The notes under the pieces were generated by a model that was not told the origin of the DNA, ran no database searches, and saw nothing but the letters and a program-made list of their open reading frames with translations. Source: Chrysomallon squamiferum (lineage: Eukaryota > Animalia > Mollusca). From it: a stretch of 64,000 nt of DNA. Below are positions 56,504 through 64,000 of the stretch, in pieces (positions within the stretch are counted from its first letter, which is position 1; each line of letters starts with the position of its first letter). Where the stretch lies: assembly GCA_012295275.1 (NCBI GenBank), contig CM022665.1, positions 41,974,001 to 42,038,000 on the forward strand. Reading direction: 5' to 3'. The position numbers and the translations under genes were made by a program.

Positions 56504-57732
56504 CACACACACACAGATATAAATATGAATATAAAAATGAATATAAATAAAGGTATTTGTCGATATAGTAAATGGTTGTGTATGTCGAGGACATTCAAGT
56601 TTTAATATCATTTCTCCGTGGTTGTATGGATTTTTGTTTGCATCTGGTTAAATAACTGTTATATTAATAATGATGACGACGACGATGATGATGATACTTC
56701 TGCTAAATCATCAACAACTGGTACTAAAAATAATAATGATGACAATGATAACAACAACAACAATAATAATAATAACAATAATAACAATGATAACAAAAAC
56801 AACAACAATAATATTAGCAGCAATAGCGAAAGTAACAAATATAATAGGAAGAAAACAACAACAATAAAACTATACTAATATCATTACTACTACTACTACT
56901 ACTACGTCTTTGTTTTATCGCTTCTACTATTTTTTATTTGCTATTCCATCCTCTCATTTACTTTTTTCTTCTTTCATTCTTCTTTCTTCTTTCATTCTTC
57001 TTTCATTCTTTCTTCTTGTTTCATTGATTCTTCTTCACCTCCTTTTTTTTGCTTTCGTCTTCAATTTTTTTTGTTTTCATCTTTTATCTTTATTTTTTTC
57101 TTCTTTCTTTCTTCGACTTCTTACTTCCTTTCATCATCATCAACATCATCAACACCATCAACATCATCATCATCATCATCAACATCATCATCATTTTCTT
57201 CTGTTTATTTCCATTCTACCACCTTTTCGATCTTTAAAAAGAACGCATAGTAAAAAAAAAAAAAAAAAATTCTAGCTAATCAAAATAATATAAAGCAAAA
57301 CAACCCACCATTTTTTTTTTTTTTTTTTAAAGAAATATTATATTGTTACTGCATCAGAAAACACCACGAAGACTTCAGTGACTTGCTGTTTGATGTTGTG
57401 GCCATCAAGCAATCGATTATTTCGCTCAGTGAACATAAAACAGAACAGAAAGAAAGAAAGAAAAAAAAAATATGTATATATAGTCTTTAGCGTTAGTTAT
57501 TGTTCATGACAACAATTATTACTGTTAATTACTTGGGGAAATAATGACTTGAAGTTCTTATACAAAGTCAACACTACTACACTAGTGAAAGGATAAATTT
57601 AGAAATTGCTGAATGAAAGATATTGTTTTAATGTCATCGTCGCCATCATCATCATCATCATCATTATTGTAATCATTATGATTAAATGGATGGGTTAAAT
57701 TATTGCTATTATTATCATTATCCTACTCATCG

Positions 57733-57788
<56 letters not shown>

Positions 57789-58093
57789 TTATTATTATTA
57801 ATTATTTTATTATTATTATTATTATTATTATTTTTTCGTTTGTTTGGTGTTATCTATTGTTATTTTCATTTTCTAATCAACAGACGTAATTACAGGACAG
57901 TAACTACATGTAGACTAAAAACTATACGGAAAACAACGACAGGAATAATAAGAATATCTTTGAAGAATATCTTTAAAACGACAAAACAGTAAAACCTAAT
58001 TCATTAAATAAAATCATAGTCCAGACATGTTAAAATAATATTAATTTCACCCTGCATACAAAAACTACAGCACTGGCTACAGACGTACAAAGA

Positions 58094-58165
58094 TATGAAA
58101 TAGCTCAATGGTAGAGCATTTGACTGCTGATAGAGAGATCCTTGTTTCGATCCCATGTGTCTAGT
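58094..58165 (+). pseudogene. tRNA-Cys-derived pseudogene or tRNA-SINE head
   Basis: 58101-58154 reads TAGCTCAATGGTAGAGCATTTGACTGCTGATAGAGAGATCCTTGTTTCGATCCC. It closely follows the eukaryotic tRNA-Cys(GCA) body (TAGCTCAGTGGTAGAGCATTTGACTGCAGATCAAGAGGTCCC..GGTTC.AATCC). The A box is intact, the B box is degenerate, the anticodon is GCT rather than GCA, and the acceptor stem does not pair. Confidence 0.75.
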
Positions 58166-58294
58166 AAAAATCTTTATTAGTTCATAACACTGCTTCAGAA
58201 ATACGCTGCAGAACTTGAATACGTAAATAAAAAAACAAAAAACCCTGGCTTCAGTATCTTTCAGAATTATACATGAACATCTGGACACATACAC

Positions 58295-58643
58295 AAAAGA
58301 AATTAATGATTCTTTTATTTTGTTTTAGATCAAATTTTCTTGTTTTAAAAAAAAAAAAAAAAAAAAATCATACTTTTTTATTCTTTATTTTTATTTATTT
58401 ATTTATTTTTAAATCATGTAGTTCATTTCTCAAGCGACGCCAGAGTTTTTATTTTTGCGTAGTCAATAACTAATTTCTTTAATTCTTCCATTTTGTTATT
58501 TTTTTTTTTTTTTTTTTTTAATGTTGTTGTTGTGTTTGCAATTTGTTACAAAAAAACTTTTCTTTAAATGTGTTCACATCTTAGTAATACTATGTGTTAA
58601 ATTCTGACGCGGCTAGGAACACAAAAACATTCTTCGATTTTGA

Positions 58644-58646
<3 letters not shown>
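58295..58646 (+). repeat. Dispersed ~350-bp direct repeat, copy 2 (upstream of gene)
   Basis: Same sequence as 45560-45894, with scattered substitutions and expanded poly(A)/poly(T) runs. Confidence 0.93.
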
Positions 58647-58686
<40 letters not shown>

Positions 58687-59216
58687 ATTTAAAAAAAAAA
58701 AAAAAAGACAATGGAATATCAAAAAACGAAAACTTGCTCTCAGGTCTGATGTTGTTTTAACAAAGCACTAACTCCCAAATTTTTTTATTTTTTTATTATT
58801 ATTATTATTTTTTTTTTTGGTTGAACCTCGATCCGTCGATAACCCGCTTTGAACCTAAACAGTACACAAGCAGGGAAACAAAGTTAAATGAAGCAAACTT
58901 GCATCCCAATACTCCACAAGTGTGAAACGTCTAACCTGATTGACGATCAAGCCGAATTTCTAGCCTCGGCCGCAAACGAAGCATTTCCTCCGAGATCAAC
59001 AACGTGTAGAGCAGCCACGCCTAATAGAGTTTGATCGGAATCTATATATCGAGCTCGTTTTGCTTTTCAAACGTCTCCTCATGCGTAAGTCGAGTTAAGA
59101 TTGAAACTTTCTAACACTCTGCACAGGACGAGGCTTTCAGGCCATCAGTTTCAGATCGTAGCCAGTGCACTGGTTCTTCATCAGTAAAGAGTTGGTTAGC
59201 TGGTATGGTTGTATGG

Positions 59217-59560
59217 TTGTGTGCGTGTGTATGTGTGTATGTGTGTATGTGTGTGCATATGTGTGTGTGTGTATGTGTGTATGTGTGTGCATATGTGTAT
59301 GTGTGTATGTGTGTGCATATGTGTGTGTGTATGTGTGTATGTGCGTGCATATGTGTGTGTGTATGTGTGTGCATATGTGTGTGTGTATGTGTGTATGTGC
59401 GTGCATATGTGTGTGTGTGTGTATGCGTATATGTTTGTATGTATGTATGCTTGTATGTGTATATGCATATATATATGCATGTATATATGTATATGTATAT
59501 ATGTATATATGCATCTATGTATGTATGTGTGTGTGTGTGTGTGTGTATGTCTGTATCTAT
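59217..59560 (+). repeat. Compound (TG)/(TA) microsatellite with a higher-order unit ending GTGCATAT
   Basis: gtgcatatgtgtgtgtgtatgtgtgtat recurs about six times; it is the source of several H/T/Y and C/V/Y ORFs. Confidence 0.9.
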
Positions 59561-62500
59561 ATGTACGTATGTATCTATATTAGTATGTAATAATGTTTAT
59601 ATGTGAAACACTATTCACGTTAGATTGAAAATACGGTATCTTTGCAATGATTTCAATAAACTGCAATGGCTTTCGTTTTTATCAACGAAATGACATCATA
59701 ATCAGTTCTATTTTTGATTCGCTTTATTATTAGTGAAGACTGATATCTGTATAAAAATGTAGTTATGCTTTTTTTTTTTTATTTATCAACAGACACAAAT
59801 CTCATCATATGATTTATAATTTACATTCGTTCCGGTAACAGAAATAGATCCCGAGACCTCTGGATCGTAGTTAAAGGTTTAACACCCAAAGACGCGACGC
59901 GTGGGTCGACTCAAGTCTCATTCCAGTGGCTCTGTCGAAAAGAAGGAATTGTATCTACGTGATAATTGACTGCCATAAGCACGGAATTGCATTTTGAGCC
60001 CCAAATATTTCCGATCAGCGTTTTGACAGCCCTGGGCGTTTTGAAGCCTGAAATATAACGGATGAGTGCTCCAGATATGAAGGATAGATTTGTTGCTAAT
60101 GCAGACATATAATGCAGATATCAGACAGTTCGCTGCGTGAATACACAACGTCTGGTCTGGGTGTTTTTTTTTTTTTTTTGTTAACGTCTGGCAAATAAAT
60201 ATTACATCCATCATTAAGAATCGTCCATTTTGGGTAGTTCTGTCTTCGACTGCTGATGGTATCGTGGTTACGTCTTTTGTGTCCATCCCCGAAAGGCAAA
60301 CGGTTCCAATACTATGCTCGGATAGATTTTAATTTCTTTTTTCTTTCTTTCTTTCTTCGTTTTGTTTCGAAGTTGTGCGAACTCGTAAGTTTTAACTGCT
60401 TTTTAAACAGAAATCGAAACATTATTTCCTCGGCGTAATTGTTGTCTCTGTGAATAACAGTGGAGTTTATTTATTTGTGAATTAAAGCTGTATTTCAGTT
60501 TTAAAAACAAAATGTATGTATCATTTCATAATCATCCAAACAGAAATGTAATATCTCTGAACTCGAAATGCTGAACGAGTTTCTTTTTAATATTTCACTT
60601 AAAAAAAAATAATAAAAAGAAATATAATTAGAAGAAGATAAGAAAAAGAAGAAAAAAAAAGATGGCGATTATCATTATGATGACCTAGAAGAAGAATATT
60701 TAACTATTTTTAATTAGATGTATTTAAATTACTCCTTTCAATATATGATTGTATGTATGTATGTATGTATGTAAGCACAAACACACACACACACAGACAA
60801 ACACACACAAACACACCCACACAAACACAGACACACCCACACACAGACACACATGGTGAACCAATCTCCGTAATTTAAACCACGACAAATCATGTCACTT
60901 TTACGATAACATTAAAAACAAAACAGTCTCGGGCGAAATCTATTCTCATTAGAGCAAGAAAAAAAAAAAAACGTTTTACGTTATCTGTTTTGTTTAAACA
61001 ATAATAACCCTCACAGATGTCTGACTTAATGAGTACGTAAAGGTAGAGTATACACGTAGTTTAGCAAATCAAATTACAAAGAAAATTGATAATTTCCCTG
61101 GCATATGAATAAAATATCATTTGGAAAGAAATTTGATTCTTGCTCGGGTTCTTTGTACAAAGTCTACAATTGCACCTAACTGTTTTGCATCTGTTCTTTT
61201 TGAAAAATAATTAAAAATCAGTAAAAATCGAATAAAAAACGTCTTTATGTCTATATAATGAGAAACCGTAAAATCTCCACAAATTTAAGGATTGTTATTT
61301 TGTTGTCATACTTTATCATTAGCAAAGGTTGGTGTATAGTGCAATGACGTTAAAATGTACAAAAGATGTATTTAGGCTATTAATTTTTTTTTTTTTTTTT
61401 AATTATTATTATTTAAATGAATGTCTCCAAATAAGTTGCATTTCGATAGAAGATTGTATGGAAATTTATCAAACTGTCGGCTTGTTAGCCTCTATCCTGA
61501 AACCAAAATTACATTTTAAGACAGACCAGAACAGCTGTGTATCGGTTGGTTGAGTCTGAGAGTTAGAGATAAATCCATGACGTTACATAATGTTTTTAGT
61601 CCGATCTTCATTACGTTCGATAATTGCGTGACATTATAACCAAAGCTGTGACATTTAATATAACATTTGGGAAGTATTAATAATAATCGTTTGGGTTCAG
61701 TTATTTCAATATTTGTTGGGTTTTGTTTTTTTTTTTTTACCATTGAGACTTAGTTCGCTGGTGAACTTGTTGCACTATTTCGTTTCTTCCAAGAATATTT
61801 ATAAGTCCGTAAGTGTATAATTCTCTGTCGTTTCTAATCGACTTGTTGAAAACAGTACGTTCAGCGTTAAAACACTGAAAAACTCAAATATTCTTTCTAT
61901 TCAAGCCTTGTAACCACTACCCGCATATGAACGTATTAGTGTATTTAAAGATTTAAAACGAAAAGCAAAAAACAAGCAAACAAAAAAAAAAAAAACGGTT
62001 ACAAGAGTTAAAAATGATTTAAAGTTATTTATGCAATTTCGAAGCTTTGAACTGCAGTAATCATTATAAAATGTCAAATTTTAGGAATATTCCATACTTT
62101 ATTATCAGTAAAGGTTAATGTGAAGTAATAAATTAACATTCGTGTCCAAACTAAGCTGTATTTATTTTATTTATTATTATCATCATTGCATATTTTTTAC
62201 TCCATGTTACAAATATAAGTTTTAAGTACATTATAATCTGTTATTTTATTTGTAATTTGCGCTGTCATCACTGATTTTATCTATCTATCTAGCAATCTAG
62301 CTATCTATCTATCTATCTATCTATATCTATATATCTATATATATATATATATGGCTTTCATAATTTCAAACAGAAAACTCGTCTCCGTTTTGCGACTTAT
62401 TTTTTATTAGTTAACATCACTTAATTTTACTTTCGCGCAGACAAAACAAATGAATTTTCATGGGACTGAAAAATTATTCTTATTATTAATTATACCTATA

Positions 62501-62642
62501 TATGTTCGTGTATATATATATGTGTAAGTTTTTGCTTGTGTGTGGGTGTGCGTGTGCGTGTGTGGGTGTGTTTGTACATAAATATAGTGAAGTCTGCTAA
62601 ATAAACACATTTCATAAACCGTCAACATTTCCTCGGGTTCTT

Positions 62643-62681
<39 letters not shown>

Positions 62682-63769
62682 AATTCGTCCTTGAACTTGT
62701 TTTGTTGACTGTTCGCACACTGGCTAACGTTTTGAATTAACACAGGCGAAAAAAAAAAAAAAAAAAAAAAAAATGGCGATTGAATCACCTTAATGGCCCA
62801 GCTTAGTTACTAAACGTATGAAGAGTTAATTGATGGCGATAGTTTACCGCGGAGGACTCGTTTGACACTTTTTGTCCAATTCACAAGGGACGTCACCGTT
62901 TTTTTTTTTTTTAAATATTTACTTAATAAACGGTCCGAGCAGATACAAACGTTATAACTGGAAAAAACAACGATCTGAAACCTCGCAAACAATTAATAGT
63001 TTTGTATCCTTATGTATTGATTTTCATTTTCCTAATCTGCTGTATCATAATTATGGAAGGCTCTCCGGCGTCCGTACTCGTAGCCTTTGGCGTCCATGTT
63101 GACTTTGCTCTGTTAGTGTTTGCGTACGTTCGACAGCTGGAAATATTCTAGCAGCACTGTGACAGTTATTCTGTTATATTCAGTAATCATTCGGGTTAAG
63201 TATGGAAGGGTTTGGTTTAGGCATTAATTCTAATTGAGAAATATAATTTCATGCAACATGCTGATACGCAAGGCCGTGTAAAATAATTGTTCGTTTAATA
63301 AAACGAACGATGTTTGCGAATCAGGCTTCAGTTTGCTGTTGTAAATCAATCGAAGGAAGAACTTAAAAGCACAAACATGCTCTCGTAATATTTTATTGTA
63401 GATTCGATCGTCATACAGCTAGATCTTTATTTACAGAGAAATGATCGGCTTATCTGTGGCAGTTAAAACTCTTTAAGAAATACAAAACGTAAGCGACGCG
63501 TGCAAAGCGAATCCCGGTGAAAAAGTCACTGTTTCTGCGTCTTCTCCTTAATAGAAAGGTTAACTATCAGATTCTTAATGTTAATACATTAATCAGTCTC
63601 AGTAAAGGAATAAACAGAACTGATGGTAAATTAATGAGTTTTTGCTCAAAAATTGTAAAATGGAACAAAAAACACTAGATCTTTGTATAACTGGGCAAAA
63701 CCGGACAATTAATTGTGACTTTTTTTTTTTAATTAGCTGAAGTTGTGACTTTTATTACTGGACACGGCA

Positions 63770-64000
63770 CAGAGGCGTGCAGAGGTCTGGTGATCCCTGG
63801 GGCCATGTCCTTGATTGCATGCCCCAAAGACTCAAGTATAAGACCTGGTACTGAGAAATATTATGAGAAAGAAAGATATTTTGAATACGTGAACACAGAC
63901 GAAACATAAAATAAACACTTTATTGGATTTAAACATAAATCAGCCAAATTTATTAAATTCTCTTCTCTGATTAGATGCCCCCCCCCCCACATTTGGATGT
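63770..64000 (+). mobile_element. Possible left end of a hAT-like DNA transposon running off the window
   Basis: An abrupt GC-rich start, CAGAGGCGTGCAGAGG, followed by TGATCCCTGGGGCCA and a repeated motif tgatt(gc/ag)atgcccc at ~63812 and ~63968. It resembles CAG(A/G)GGCG-type hAT ends. The other terminus and TSD are not visible. Confidence 0.3.

Noticed and set aside
58094-58165. Functional tRNA-Ser(GCT) or tRNA-Cys gene
   Set aside because: The acceptor and anticodon stems do not pair, the B box is degenerate and there is no long Ser variable arm; kept only as a pseudogene or SINE head.

Overview
Eukaryotic (animal) genomic DNA. It is AT-rich, dense in microsatellites (especially (GA/CT)n) and not obviously CpG-depleted, which points to an invertebrate; a mollusc is plausible, but that is inference. 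Only one convincing host coding segment is present: a minus-strand, GC-rich first coding exon (ATG 52236 to splice donor at 51897/51896) of a THIK-subfamily two-pore-domain K+ channel (KCNK13/KCNK12-like). The intron cuts the gene inside the first selectivity filter (TIG|[FG]). I found no downstream exon, so positions 1-51896 are most likely one intron of more than 51 kb, and 52237-64000 is 5' UTR/upstream DNA. The non-coding DNA holds a 770-bp internally deleted Tigger/pogo transposon with TA TSDs and a decayed HTH-psq ORF, a ~270-bp hAT-Charlie-type MITE with an 8-bp TSD, a tRNA-Cys-derived pseudogene, tRNA-SINE-like heads, a ~340-bp direct repeat pair bracketing exon 1, a ~240-bp foldback, and several minisatellites. 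The most notable unexplained signal is three near-perfect RFX X-box palindromes within ~6 kb around exon 1, suggesting RFX (ciliary/sensory-neuron) control of this channel. Nearly all other ORF-track entries are translations of simple repeats. I see no evidence for a novel multi-gene system.
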